DNA of 64,000 nucleotides from Thermoplasmata archaeon. Lineage in GTDB: Archaea; Thermoplasmatota; Thermoplasmata; RBG-16-68-12. The notes under the pieces were generated by a model. The model did no database searches. It saw only the letters and a program-made list of their open reading frames with translations, and had not been told where the DNA came from. Below are positions 37,315 through 46,177 of the stretch, piece by piece; the stretch's first letter is position 1; every line of letters begins with the position of its first letter. A program made the translations under genes and the position numbers. The stretch lies in assembly GCA_035632695.1 (NCBI GenBank), contig DASQGG010000019.1, forward strand, positions 3,701-67,700. The letters are read 5' to 3'.

Positions 37315-38769
37315 ATGCGGTTCTCAGGAATCCTTCTCCCGCTAGTCGTGGCGACCGTCGTGGCCCTCGCCGCGTTCGCCGCTCCGGCTTCCGCCGCAGC
37401 GCCGGCCCCCGTGCCGACGTGGAAGGTGGGGCAATCCGTGGGCTACGGGACGAGCCTGGACCTCGGCAGCCTCGCGGACTCGTACCTCCTGAACGCGATC
37501 CGCAAGGACCCCGGGGCCTACAACATCACGACGATCAACCAGCTGAACGTGACGGGGACCGTGGACTCCTGGGAGGTCGACACGGTCACGAACGTCACGT
37601 CGACATACTACACGCTGGGTTCGCAGTCCGCGAGCGGCGTCAAGCTCCACGTCGCGGTCAACGTGACGCTGAACAACGTCCCCGTGGCCGGTACGTATCA
37701 AGGGACGATCGTCGCCGGCGCGTGCGCGCCACCCACGATCCCCAAGGGAAGCGGCACGGTCGGCGTGAACCTCGACGCCACGAGCCTCGCGGTGACCTGG
37801 GGCGCACGCCGCCTGCAGGTCTCGAACCTGGCCTATGTGAACGAGACGCAGAACGCAGTGGTCAACGCCAGCGTCGCCTTCCAGGGAACCCATCTCCCGC
37901 GGACGGACCTCAACCAGTCCTCCTGTACGTATACGGTGTCCTATGACAACCCCACGTTCACCCTGACCGTGAACACGCTGGATCAGGTGCGGGAGACGTA
38001 CACCCCGACCCTGGACTACTTCAACTTCCCAATCTCGGACAACAAGACTTGGTGGGCGAACACCACGGCGACCCTCGGGGCCACGTTCACCGGGACGATC
38101 AACGAGCAGGGCCTGAGCACCCGGGACGCACACTCCTTCTTCGACAACCTCACGAAGACGTTGGAGACCGCAGGGCTCACGCCGATGGGCCTGGATTCGT
38201 TCCCCATCGATCTCGCCAAGGTGTCCATCCTGGCAGGCCCGAGCTATATCGTGAACAATGGGGTCGTCACGGACTACCCGGTCCCGTCGAACACGCACCA
38301 GCGCGCGATCGCGGCCGTGAAGACCCTCTCGGACGACAACCAGTACCCGGTCTACCTGATCACGAGCGCCTCCTACACGTGCCCGTACACGGGCACGAAC
38401 CTCACCCTGCCCCTGACCTACGCCGCGGTCTACGCACCGGACTTCCCCTCCGCGGGCGCGGGCATGATCGTGGGTTACGACGTCCTCGTGTGCGCGGGAA
38501 CCGTGAGCGTACCGGCCTTTGAACTGACGAACACGAAACCTGCGGACGCCCAGAAGAAGATCGGGCAGACGGAGACGAACTACCAGATCGTCCCGCCCCC
38601 GCAGGGCAATGCCCTCGCGAACTTCTTCCTGGAGTCCCCGTACTGGGGCATCCTCCTGGTCGTCGTCGTGATCGCAGCCGTCGCAGCGGCCCTCCTCGTG
38701 CGCCGGCGCCGGCGGCCCACCCCGGCTCCCCCGCCCCCGCCGCCTTCCGGCGGACCGGGGACCCCATGA
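37315..38769 (+). CDS. Secreted, C-terminally anchored glycoprotein (paralogue of the 26442-27317 product) inserted between the E2 and E3 genes. An alternative start lies at 37288.
   Basis: The product has a signal peptide (MRFSGILLPLVVATVVALAAFAAPASA) and many NxS/T sequons. A C-terminal TM (ILLVVVVIAAVAAALLV) is followed by RRRRR and PTPAPPPPPPSGGPGTP. A TATA-like GGCTAAATAACCC lies at 37268-37285. Confidence 0.5.
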   Translation: MRFSGILLPLVVATVVALAAFAAPASAAAPAPVPTWKVGQSVGYGTSLDLGSLADSYLLNAIRKDPGAYNITTINQLNVTGTVDSWEVDTVTNVTSTYYTLGSQSASGVKLHVAVNVTLNNVPVAGTYQGTIVAGACAPPTIPKGSGTVGVNLDATSLAVTWGARRLQVSNLAYVNETQNAVVNASVAFQGTHLPRTDLNQSSCTYTVSYDNPTFTLTVNTLDQVRETYTPTLDYFNFPISDNKTWWANTTATLGATFTGTINEQGLSTRDAHSFFDNLTKTLETAGLTPMGLDSFPIDLAKVSILAGPSYIVNNGVVTDYPVPSNTHQRAIAAVKTLSDDNQYPVYLITSASYTCPYTGTNLTLPLTYAAVYAPDFPSAGAGMIVGYDVLVCAGTVSVPAFELTNTKPADAQKKIGQTETNYQIVPPPQGNALANFFLESPYWGILLVVVVIAAVAAALLVRRRRRPTPAPPPPPPSGGPGTP

Positions 38770-38832
38770 GGCCCGAATCCGTCCGTCCGCGCGCCCCAAA
38801 GGCATAAAGTCAGGCCCCACCTTCGGCCGTCC

Positions 38833-40236
38833 GTGGCGCGACACGTCGACGTGCTCGTCATCGGAGGCGGGCCGGGAGGCTACCCGGCCGCCATCCGGGC
38901 GGCGCAGCTGGGGAAGAAGGTCCTCCTGGTCGAGCGGCACAAGCTCGGCGGAGAGTGCCTGAACTACGGGTGCATCCCGAGCAAGGCCCTGATTCACGCC
39001 TCCAACGTGGTGAAGGCGATCGAGCGGGCCAAGGAATGGGGGATCGATGCGGGTCCGGCCAAGGTGGACATGGCGCGCCTCCAGGCATGGAAGCAGTCCG
39101 TGGTCGACAAGCTCGTGAGCGGGGTCGCGACCCTGGAGAAAGGGAACGGGGTCGAGGTGGCCTTCGCGGAGGCCTCCTTCCTCGACGCGAAGACCGTGCG
39201 GGCCCGCTACCCGGACGGCCGGACCGAGGACCTCGAGTTCGGGGACGCGATCATCGCGACGGGCGGGAGGCCGTCCGACCTGCCCGCGTTCCGGTTCGAC
39301 GGCAAGCGCGTGATCAGCACGAAGGAGGCGCTCGAGCTTCCCGCGGTCCCCAGGACCCTGCTCGTCATCGGCGGCGGGGTCTCCGGCCTGGAGATCGGCA
39401 CGTTCTACGCGAAGCTCGGGAGCAAGGTGGTCGTGATCGAGCTCCTGGAGCAGCTCCTCCCGGGCATGGACCCGGAGATCGTGCGGGTCGTCGAGCGACA
39501 CCTGCGGAAGCTCGGCGTCGAGTACCATGCGAAGTCCCAGGCCAAGGCGTGGCGGGAGGAGGGCGGCCAGGCCGTCATCGAGGCGGACACGCCGGACGGG
39601 CCGCTCACGGTCCGTGCCGACGTCATCCTGGTCACCGTGGGCCGGCGTCCGAACACGGACGGGCTGAACGCGGACAAGGCGGGGGTCAAGACGAACCCCA
39701 GAGGCTACGTCACCGTGGACAGCCAGCTCCGCACCTCGAACCGCCACGTGTTTGCGATCGGCGACGTCGTCGGCCAACCGTTCCTGGCGCACAAGGCGAC
39801 CATGGAGGGGCTGACCGCTGCGGAAGTCATCGGCGGGCAGCCCGTGGAGGTCGACTATCGGGCGATGCCCTCGGCGATCTTCACGGAGCCCGAGATCGCG
39901 ACCGTGGGCCTGCTCGAGCCCCAGGCTGCCGCGGAAGGGCGGGCGGTCAAGGTGGCCAAGGTCCCCTTCGGCGCGATCGGCCGCGCGCTCACGCAGGGTG
40001 AGTCGGACGGCTTCGTGAAGCTCGTTTCGGACCCGGACTCCAAGGTCCTCCTGGGCGCGGCGATCGTAGGGCCGGAGGCGAGCAACCTGATCAGCGAGCT
40101 CGCCCTCGGGATCGAGATGGGCGCGACGGTCGAGGACATCGCCCTCACGGTCCATCCCCACCCCACGCTGCCCGAAGGGATCATGGAGACCGCGGAGGCC
40201 GCCCTCGGGCAGGCGATCCACGTGCTCAATCGGTGA
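38833..40236 (+). CDS. lpdA: Dihydrolipoamide dehydrogenase (E3).
   Basis: The product has FAD-binding VLVIGGGPGGYPAAIRAAQLG, the redox-active disulfide GGECLNYGCIPSK, an NAD-binding GGGVSGLE and a C-terminal dimerisation HPHPTLPE. Confidence 0.9.
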   Translation: MARHVDVLVIGGGPGGYPAAIRAAQLGKKVLLVERHKLGGECLNYGCIPSKALIHASNVVKAIERAKEWGIDAGPAKVDMARLQAWKQSVVDKLVSGVATLEKGNGVEVAFAEASFLDAKTVRARYPDGRTEDLEFGDAIIATGGRPSDLPAFRFDGKRVISTKEALELPAVPRTLLVIGGGVSGLEIGTFYAKLGSKVVVIELLEQLLPGMDPEIVRVVERHLRKLGVEYHAKSQAKAWREEGGQAVIEADTPDGPLTVRADVILVTVGRRPNTDGLNADKAGVKTNPRGYVTVDSQLRTSNRHVFAIGDVVGQPFLAHKATMEGLTAAEVIGGQPVEVDYRAMPSAIFTEPEIATVGLLEPQAAAEGRAVKVAKVPFGAIGRALTQGESDGFVKLVSDPDSKVLLGAAIVGPEASNLISELALGIEMGATVEDIALTVHPHPTLPEGIMETAEAALGQAIHVLNR

Positions 40237-40976
40237 CCCGAGGCCCAGGGATGCTCGAGACGACCGAGGGGACCGAGACGGAACCGGTCGTGGTCCGGGA
40301 CGCGTGGCTCCTCGATCTCGGGCGCATGGAGTACGGCCGGACCTGGGCGATCCAGAAGGCCCTCGTGACCCGGCGCGCGGAGGACGCGGTTTCGGATGGC
40401 CTCATCCTCGTGGAACACGATCCCGTGGTGACCCTGGGCCGGCGCGGGACCGACGCGGACGTCCTCACCGAGGGGCTGCCCGTATTCCGGGTCGAGCGCG
40501 GGGGCGAGGCGACGTTCCACGGCCCGGGGCAGCTCGTAGGCTATCCCATCCTGAAGCTCCCGGACCGCCTCGACGTGAAACGCCTGGTCACGAATCTCGA
40601 GGACGTCCTCATCGGGACGTGCACGGACTTCGGGATCGACGCCCGGCACGAGGGCCCGGAGCGCGGCGTCTGGGTCAGGACCCGGAAGATCGCCTCCATC
40701 GGCCTCGCGGTCCAGAGGGGCGTCACGTTCCACGGCTTCGCACTGAACGTGACCACGGACCTCTCCTACTTCCTGAAGATCCGGCCCTGCGGCCATGCGG
40801 GAACGATCATGACCTCCATGGCGAAGGAGCTCGGACGGAACGTGGACGTGGAAGACGTCCGCGCGTCCGTGATCCAGCACTTTCAGAGCGTGTTCGGGTT
40901 CACCCTGCGCCTCGTCACGATGGCGGAGTTGCTTCCCGAGGGCGCGCCGACTCCGCCTGGCCCCGGAAGGCCTTGA
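40233..40976 (+). CDS. lipB: Octanoyl (lipoyl) transferase LipB. The start overlaps the E3 stop by 4 nt.
   Basis: LipB/LplA-family motifs are present (ILVEHDPVVTLGRRG, RGGEATFHGPGQLVGYPIL, KIASIGLAVQRGVTFHGFALNV) and a catalytic Lys lies in the KIA context. Confidence 0.8.
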   Translation: MTRGPGMLETTEGTETEPVVVRDAWLLDLGRMEYGRTWAIQKALVTRRAEDAVSDGLILVEHDPVVTLGRRGTDADVLTEGLPVFRVERGGEATFHGPGQLVGYPILKLPDRLDVKRLVTNLEDVLIGTCTDFGIDARHEGPERGVWVRTRKIASIGLAVQRGVTFHGFALNVTTDLSYFLKIRPCGHAGTIMTSMAKELGRNVDVEDVRASVIQHFQSVFGFTLRLVTMAELLPEGAPTPPGPGRP

Positions 40977-41955
40977 GCTGGCGGATCGCCTCGGGGATGA
41001 GCTGGAAGAGGTCGCCCACAATCCCGTAGTCGGCGATCTCGAAGATCGCGGCCTTGGGATCGTTGTTGATCGCGACGATCTTCGCGGCCTCCTGCATCCC
41101 GGCCAGGTGCTGGACCGCGCCGCTGATGCCCACCGCGATATAGAGGCTCGGCCGGACCGTCTTCCCCGTCTGTCCGACCTGGAGGGCCTTGGGCACCCAG
41201 CCCAGGTCGACGGGCTTGCGCGACGAGGCGACGGCGCCTCCGAGGAGGGAAGCGAGCTCCTCGAGCAGGGCGAAGTTCTTGGGATCGCCGAGGCCGAAGC
41301 CGCCGGACACGAGGATCTTCGCGTCGTCAATCTTGCGCGTCTCGTGAGTCTCCGTGGGTTTGAAGCCCACGATCTTTGTGTCGAAATCGGCGGGCTCGAA
41401 GACCACGGTCTCCCGGACGACCTCCCCGGTCCGGGAGCGGTCCCGCGGCGGCATCGGGAACACGTTCCAGCGGGCGGAGGCCATCTGGGGCCGGTGCTCC
41501 TCGCAGTGGATGTGGGCCAGGCTCTTCCCGCCGAACGCGGGGCGGATCATGTCCAGGAAGCCCTCCTCGGTCACGTCGAAGCGCACGCAGTCCGCCGCGA
41601 GGCCCGTGTCGATCGCGGCATGGAGCCGCCCGCCGAGGTCCCTCCCGTTCTTGGACGCGCCGAACAGGATGACCTCGGGGTTGTACTTCCAGCGCAGGGT
41701 CGCCATGACCCTCGTGAACGGGCGGGAGGTGTAGAACTCGAGCCGCGGGTCTTCCACGAGCAGGATACGGTCGCACCCGCACTCGATCGCCTGGCGCGCG
41801 AGCGGCTCGACATTCCAGCCCGGCAGGATGCCCGTGAGGTCCGCGCCCCGCTTGTCCGCGATGCGCCGCGCCTCGCCGATGAGCTGCACGCTCACGTCGC
41901 GGAGGGCCCCGTTGCGGGCTTCCAGGAACACCCACACGCCCCGGTGCTCCGCCAT
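40915..41955 (-). CDS. etfA: Electron transfer flavoprotein alpha subunit (EtfA/FixB). The start is trimmed to MAEHRGVWVF.
   Basis: An N-terminal ETF domain and a C-terminal FAD-binding domain are present (ILVSGGFGLGDPKNFALLEELASLLGGAVASSRKPVDLGWVPKALQVGQTGKTVRPSLYIAVGISGAVQHLAGM). Confidence 0.85.
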   Translation of the reverse strand: MAEHRGVWVFLEARNGALRDVSVQLIGEARRIADKRGADLTGILPGWNVEPLARQAIECGCDRILLVEDPRLEFYTSRPFTRVMATLRWKYNPEVILFGASKNGRDLGGRLHAAIDTGLAADCVRFDVTEEGFLDMIRPAFGGKSLAHIHCEEHRPQMASARWNVFPMPPRDRSRTGEVVRETVVFEPADFDTKIVGFKPTETHETRKIDDAKILVSGGFGLGDPKNFALLEELASLLGGAVASSRKPVDLGWVPKALQVGQTGKTVRPSLYIAVGISGAVQHLAGMQEAAKIVAINNDPKAAIFEIADYGIVGDLFQLIPEAIRQLKAFRGQAESARPREATPPS

Positions 41956-41981
41956 GGGCGGCGGAGAGGGATGCGCGTGGG

Positions 41982-42800
41982 TCACGGGATCACCCGGTCC
42001 CGTCGCAGGGCCTCGAGGAGCAGGGAGACCGCGATCGTGGGCTCCTCCTGGAAGATCTGGCCCTGCCGGCTCGGGAGCTGGACCGTGTCGACCTTGGCGA
42101 CGATCGTGGGCGAGCCTTTGAGGCCGATCTGGGACGGTTCGAGTCCGAGGTCCGCCGCGCTCCAGTGCTGGACGAGCCCGCCGCGCTTCACACGGACCTT
42201 GCCCGTCAACGTGGGCTGGCGCGGCTTGTTGCATCCGAAGTCCACGGTGACGACGCACGGCATCGGGGCCTCCCAGGTCTCGGCCCCGTCTTCGATCATC
42301 CGGACCCCGCGCACGCGGCGGTCCACGATCTCGACGCCGGAGCAGTACGTGATCTGAGGGATGTCCATGTGCCCCGCGATCCCGGGGCCGACGTGGCCCG
42401 TGGACGCGTCCGTGGTCTCCTCGCCGCACAGGATGAGGTCCACGCCGCCGATCTTCTCGATGGCTCGCTCCAGGGTGAGCGCCGTCGGCACCGTGTCCGA
42501 ACCGCCGAGGTTGCGGTCCGTGACCAGGAACCCGCGGTCCGCGCCCATCGCGATGGCCCGCTCGAGGCTCTCATCGAACGACGTGGGCCCCATGGAGAGG
42601 ACGATGATCTCGCCGCCGTGCTGCTCCCGGAGCAGGAGGGCCATCTCGAGGGCGTTCTGGTCGGGCGGGTTGATCTCGCTCGGCACGCCGACCCGCTTGA
42701 GCGTCTTCGTGACGGGGTCGACTTGGAGCTCCTGGGCCTTCGGCACCTGCTTCAGGCACACCACGATCCGCAGCCCCTGCTTCGCGGCGGTGTCCGTCAC
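41982..42800 (-). CDS. etfB: Electron transfer flavoprotein beta subunit (EtfB/FixA).
   Basis: It has an EtfB fold (RIVVCLKQVPKAQELQVDP...IIVLSMGP...DLILCGEETTDASTGHVGPGIAGHMDIP). It overlaps the fixC stop by 4 nt. Confidence 0.85.
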   Translation of the reverse strand: MTDTAAKQGLRIVVCLKQVPKAQELQVDPVTKTLKRVGVPSEINPPDQNALEMALLLREQHGGEIIVLSMGPTSFDESLERAIAMGADRGFLVTDRNLGGSDTVPTALTLERAIEKIGGVDLILCGEETTDASTGHVGPGIAGHMDIPQITYCSGVEIVDRRVRGVRMIEDGAETWEAPMPCVVTVDFGCNKPRQPTLTGKVRVKRGGLVQHWSAADLGLEPSQIGLKGSPTIVAKVDTVQLPSRQGQIFQEEPTIAVSLLLEALRRDRVIP

Positions 42801-44092
42801 ATGGATCGCGCTCCCTTGACGAGGTCCATGAGGAGAGCGAGCTTGGACACCCCGGAGGCGTTGGCTTCCTGCAGGACCGTTTCCAGCAAGCGCTCGCGCG
42901 GCGCGCCGTCCACGCGGTACATCCGCTCCGCGAGGTCGATGAGCAGACGCGGGTACACGTCGAACAGGCGCTCGTTCTTCAGGTACAGCGGGGCGCGGGA
43001 GAAGGTCTCGAGGTCCGTGAGGACGCGGCGGTCCCGCAGCCGCCGTTCGTAGGCCGCCAGGTTGGCCGCGCTCATCCCGCCCGCGACCCGCGCCGCCTCC
43101 GCGGCCTCGCCCGCCGCGATCCCCGAGGCCATCGCGAGGTCCACGCCCCGGAACGTATAGCCGTTGTTGATCAGGAAGCCGGCGCTATCGCCGACGACGA
43201 GGACACCGTCCCCCACGAGCTGGGGCATCATGCGGCGCCCGAGTTCGGGCACCAGATGGGCGCTGTACTCCGCGAGCTTGCCGCCCTTCACCAGCTTCTG
43301 GACCGAGGGATGCATCCGGAACCTCGTCTGGACGTCCTGGACCTCGACCTTCTTGCGGGCCAGATCCTCGGACGAAACGACGAGGCCCAGGGAGAGGGAC
43401 GACTTGTTCGTGTACAGGAAGCCGCCACCCCGGAGGCCGAGGGACGCGTAGCCCGCGTACACGAACGCGGCCCCTTCCTTCTCCCCCAGACCGAAGCGCT
43501 CCTGGATCGTCTCCGCGGGGAGCTCGATCGTCTCCTTGACGCCCACGCTGACCTCGCGGGGCTCCAGGTCCGCCTTGAGCCCCGCCTTGCGCACGAGGGT
43601 CGAGGTCGCGCCCTCCGCGATCACCACGAGGTCCGCGGACACCCGGTCGTTCGGCGCCACGAAGACGCCCCGGACGCGGCCGTCCGCCCGCCACAGGTCA
43701 TCCACGCGGATCCCCGTGACGAGCATGGCCCCGGCCTCCTCCGCCTTCTTTGCGAGCCACGCGTCGAACCTGGGCCGCAGGGCGGTGAAGCTGGCCGCCT
43801 TGCCTTCCCCGAGCTTGGGCGAGTCGAACCGGATTCCGAGGGAGGCGCCCTCCGTCAGGAAGGCGAGGTTCTCCTGGGTCACGAGTCGCTCGACGGGACA
43901 GTCCTTGGCCCAGTCCGGGACGAGGTCGAAGAGCGGCCAGGCGTAGATGCGCCCGCCGAACATGTTCTTGGAACCCGGCGCGCGGCCGCGCTCCACGAGC
44001 AGGACGGAGAACTTCTTCCGGGCCAGGGTGAGCGCCGCGGCGGAGCCGGCGGGGCCCGCGCCCACGACGATTGCGTCAAAACGCTCCGCCAT
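42797..44092 (-). CDS. fixC: FixC-type ETF:quinone oxidoreductase-like flavoprotein. The start is trimmed to MAERFDAIVVGAG.
   Basis: FAD-binding DAIVVGAGPAGSAAALTLA is present. It is about 431 aa and sits in the conserved position upstream of etfB-etfA, as in fixABCX loci. Confidence 0.8.
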   Translation of the reverse strand: MAERFDAIVVGAGPAGSAAALTLARKKFSVLLVERGRAPGSKNMFGGRIYAWPLFDLVPDWAKDCPVERLVTQENLAFLTEGASLGIRFDSPKLGEGKAASFTALRPRFDAWLAKKAEEAGAMLVTGIRVDDLWRADGRVRGVFVAPNDRVSADLVVIAEGATSTLVRKAGLKADLEPREVSVGVKETIELPAETIQERFGLGEKEGAAFVYAGYASLGLRGGGFLYTNKSSLSLGLVVSSEDLARKKVEVQDVQTRFRMHPSVQKLVKGGKLAEYSAHLVPELGRRMMPQLVGDGVLVVGDSAGFLINNGYTFRGVDLAMASGIAAGEAAEAARVAGGMSAANLAAYERRLRDRRVLTDLETFSRAPLYLKNERLFDVYPRLLIDLAERMYRVDGAPRERLLETVLQEANASGVSKLALLMDLVKGARSM

Positions 44093-44145
44093 GGTCCGAG
44101 ACCCGAAGCGGAAAAGCGGGGCGAGTAAAAGCCTTTGTGTGGGCC

Positions 44146-44748
44146 TCAACGGGTCGGCATGGGCTGGAGCTGAAATTCGCACCGGTCCTTGCCCTGCGCG
44201 CGGCACGCGGCCTCCTCGCAAAGGATCTCCGTGCCGAACAAGCGGCTGGCGATGCCCGCAATCCAGCCCGCGAGCAGATGGCAAACGGGCTTCTTGGACG
44301 GCCCGTACATCTCCGCGCTCGCGCTGTTCTCGAGCGTGATGACCCCGCGCCGCCGCTCCACATCGAGGGAGCCCACCTCGAACCGTCCCCATCCCGCGAG
44401 CGCCAGGATGTCGGCCATCCGTTTCGCCGTCTCGAACGGGGTCTCCTCGAGAGGGAAGCCGCGGAGCAGATCGGGGATCTCATGTACGCCTTCCTTGCCG
44501 CTCTTCTCCCCCGCGAGGTAGAGGATGCCCTTCGTGGAGGCGCCCACGGTCTGCTCCATCTGCCGCTGCAGGTTCACAAGGAGTGCAGGCCGGATGAGCA
44601 CGTGTCGATCGCCGAACCACTCCAGCCGGCCTCCGGAGGAATCGAGTCGGAGACTTCGTGCCAGGAGGGCACGGGCCTCTTCGGGACGCAGCGTGGCGAG
44701 CTCCTTCTCGCCATCCGGCGGGTCGCCTCCCGAGTCGGGTGGGGCCAT
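44146..44748 (-). CDS. V4R-domain protein (second copy), first gene of the fixC-etfB-etfA operon.
   Basis: The C-terminal V4R hallmark EILCEEAACRAQGKDRCEFQL is present. The product is 200 aa. It is on the same strand as fixC, 53 bp upstream of it. Confidence 0.6.
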   Translation of the reverse strand: MAPPDSGGDPPDGEKELATLRPEEARALLARSLRLDSSGGRLEWFGDRHVLIRPALLVNLQRQMEQTVGASTKGILYLAGEKSGKEGVHEIPDLLRGFPLEETPFETAKRMADILALAGWGRFEVGSLDVERRRGVITLENSASAEMYGPSKKPVCHLLAGWIAGIASRLFGTEILCEEAACRAQGKDRCEFQLQPMPTR

Positions 44749-44896
44749 GGACGATCCTCGCGCCGCGGGGCGCGGACCGTCTACCCCGGCCGTCCCGACT
44801 AGTACGTTTCTCCATGAGTCCGGCCACTGATAACGTGCGAGGACGGTGCGTCCGTGCTCGTGGCCAACCCTTTAGTACCCTCGTTCGCTTCCGACG

Positions 44897-45220
44897 ATGG
44901 AGCCCATGCCGGAGCCCCCGAAACCCGACGCGTCGAAGGCCCTAACCGCGGACGACCGCGTGGGCCTGGACAAGTTCGAGTTCGACGAGGAGCCCTTCAT
45001 CACGGTGGACACCCAGGTGTGCCGCACGTGCGTCGAGAAGCCCTGCCTGTACGTGTGCCCGACCCAGGTGTACCGGAAGGAGAAGGGGGAGCTCGTGTAC
45101 AACACGGAGGGCTGCATCGAGCTCGGCGCCTGCGTGATCGTGTGCCGGCACATCGGCAGGGGCGCCATCCGCTGGTCGTATCCCCGCGGGTCGTACGGGG
45201 TCGGATTCCGCTTCGGCTGA
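44897..45220 (+). CDS. fixX: FixX-like ferredoxin-like protein.
   Basis: Cys clusters CRTCVEKPCLYVCP and CIELGACVIVC are typical of FixX. It is divergent from the V4R-fixC-etfBA operon. Confidence 0.65.
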   Translation: MEPMPEPPKPDASKALTADDRVGLDKFEFDEEPFITVDTQVCRTCVEKPCLYVCPTQVYRKEKGELVYNTEGCIELGACVIVCRHIGRGAIRWSYPRGSYGVGFRFG

Positions 45221-45277
45221 TCGGATCGCCCCCGGAACCGCGAGAGCTATTAAGGCCCGCGTGCTTGCGTGCATCCG

Positions 45278-46174
45278 ATGTTGACGGCGGGGAAGCCGGA
45301 GTGGTTGCGCGTCCGTCCACCGGGAGGACCGAGCTACGCGCACCTCAAAGACCTCCTCCGGGACCTGAACCTCCACACCGTGTGCGAGGAGGCCCGCTGC
45401 CCCAACGTGGGGGAGTGCTGGGGCGGGGGCACGGCCACGATCATGCTGCTCGGCGACGTCTGCACCCGAGGTTGCCGCTTCTGCGCGGTCACGTCGGGCA
45501 ACCCCCACGGCCTCGTGGACCTCGCGGAGCCTCGCCGGGTGGCCGCGGCGATCGCGGAGCTGGGACTCGGCTACGTGGTCCTGACGTCCGTGGACCGCGA
45601 CGACTTGCCCGACGGCGGCGCGGCGCAGTTCGCGGAGACGATCCGGGAGATCAAGGAACGGGACTCGGACATCCTGGTCGAAGCGCTGATCCCGGACTTC
45701 CAGGGGGACCTGGAGGCCGTCCGGACCGTGGTCGACGCGGGTCCGGACGTCCTCGACCACAACCTGGAGACCGTCCGGCGCCTGCAAGGCGTGGCCCGGG
45801 ACCGACGGGCGAACTACGAGCAGAGCCTGTCCGTCCTCCGCGGGGCGAAAGGGATGCGGGACGGCCTGATCACGAAGTCCTCCCTCATGCTCGGGCTCGG
45901 GGAGACCCGGGACGAGCTCCTGGAGGCGATGCGCGACCTCCGCGCGAACCGCGTGGACCTCCTGACCTTGGGCCAGTACCTGCGGCCGAGCGCGTGGCAT
46001 CTTCCCGTGCAGGAGTACGTCTCCCCGGAATCGTTCGACGAACTCCGGGCCGCCGGGGAGGCCCTCGGGTTCACGTACGTCGCGGCGGGACCGCTCGTCC
46101 GGTCGTCGTACCGCGCGGGCGAGTTCTTCCTCGAGAGGGTGCTCCGGGAGCGGCGCGGACGCACGGGGGCGTGA
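45278..46174 (+). CDS. lipA: Lipoyl synthase LipA. The probable leaderless ATG is at 45278; an alternative GTG lies at 45269.
   Basis: The product has a radical-SAM [10 protein letters not shown] plus an N-terminal auxiliary cluster motif [18 protein letters not shown]-like GCTATTAAGGCC is centred about 27 bp upstream of ATG 45278. Confidence 0.9.
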   Translation: MLTAGKPEWLRVRPPGGPSYAHLKDLLRDLNLHTVCEEARCPNVGECWGGGTATIMLLGDVCTRGCRFCAVTSGNPHGLVDLAEPRRVAAAIAELGLGYVVLTSVDRDDLPDGGAAQFAETIREIKERDSDILVEALIPDFQGDLEAVRTVVDAGPDVLDHNLETVRRLQGVARDRRANYEQSLSVLRGAKGMRDGLITKSSLMLGLGETRDELLEAMRDLRANRVDLLTLGQYLRPSAWHLPVQEYVSPESFDELRAAGEALGFTYVAAGPLVRSSYRAGEFFLERVLRERRGRTGA

Positions 46175-46177
46175 GCC

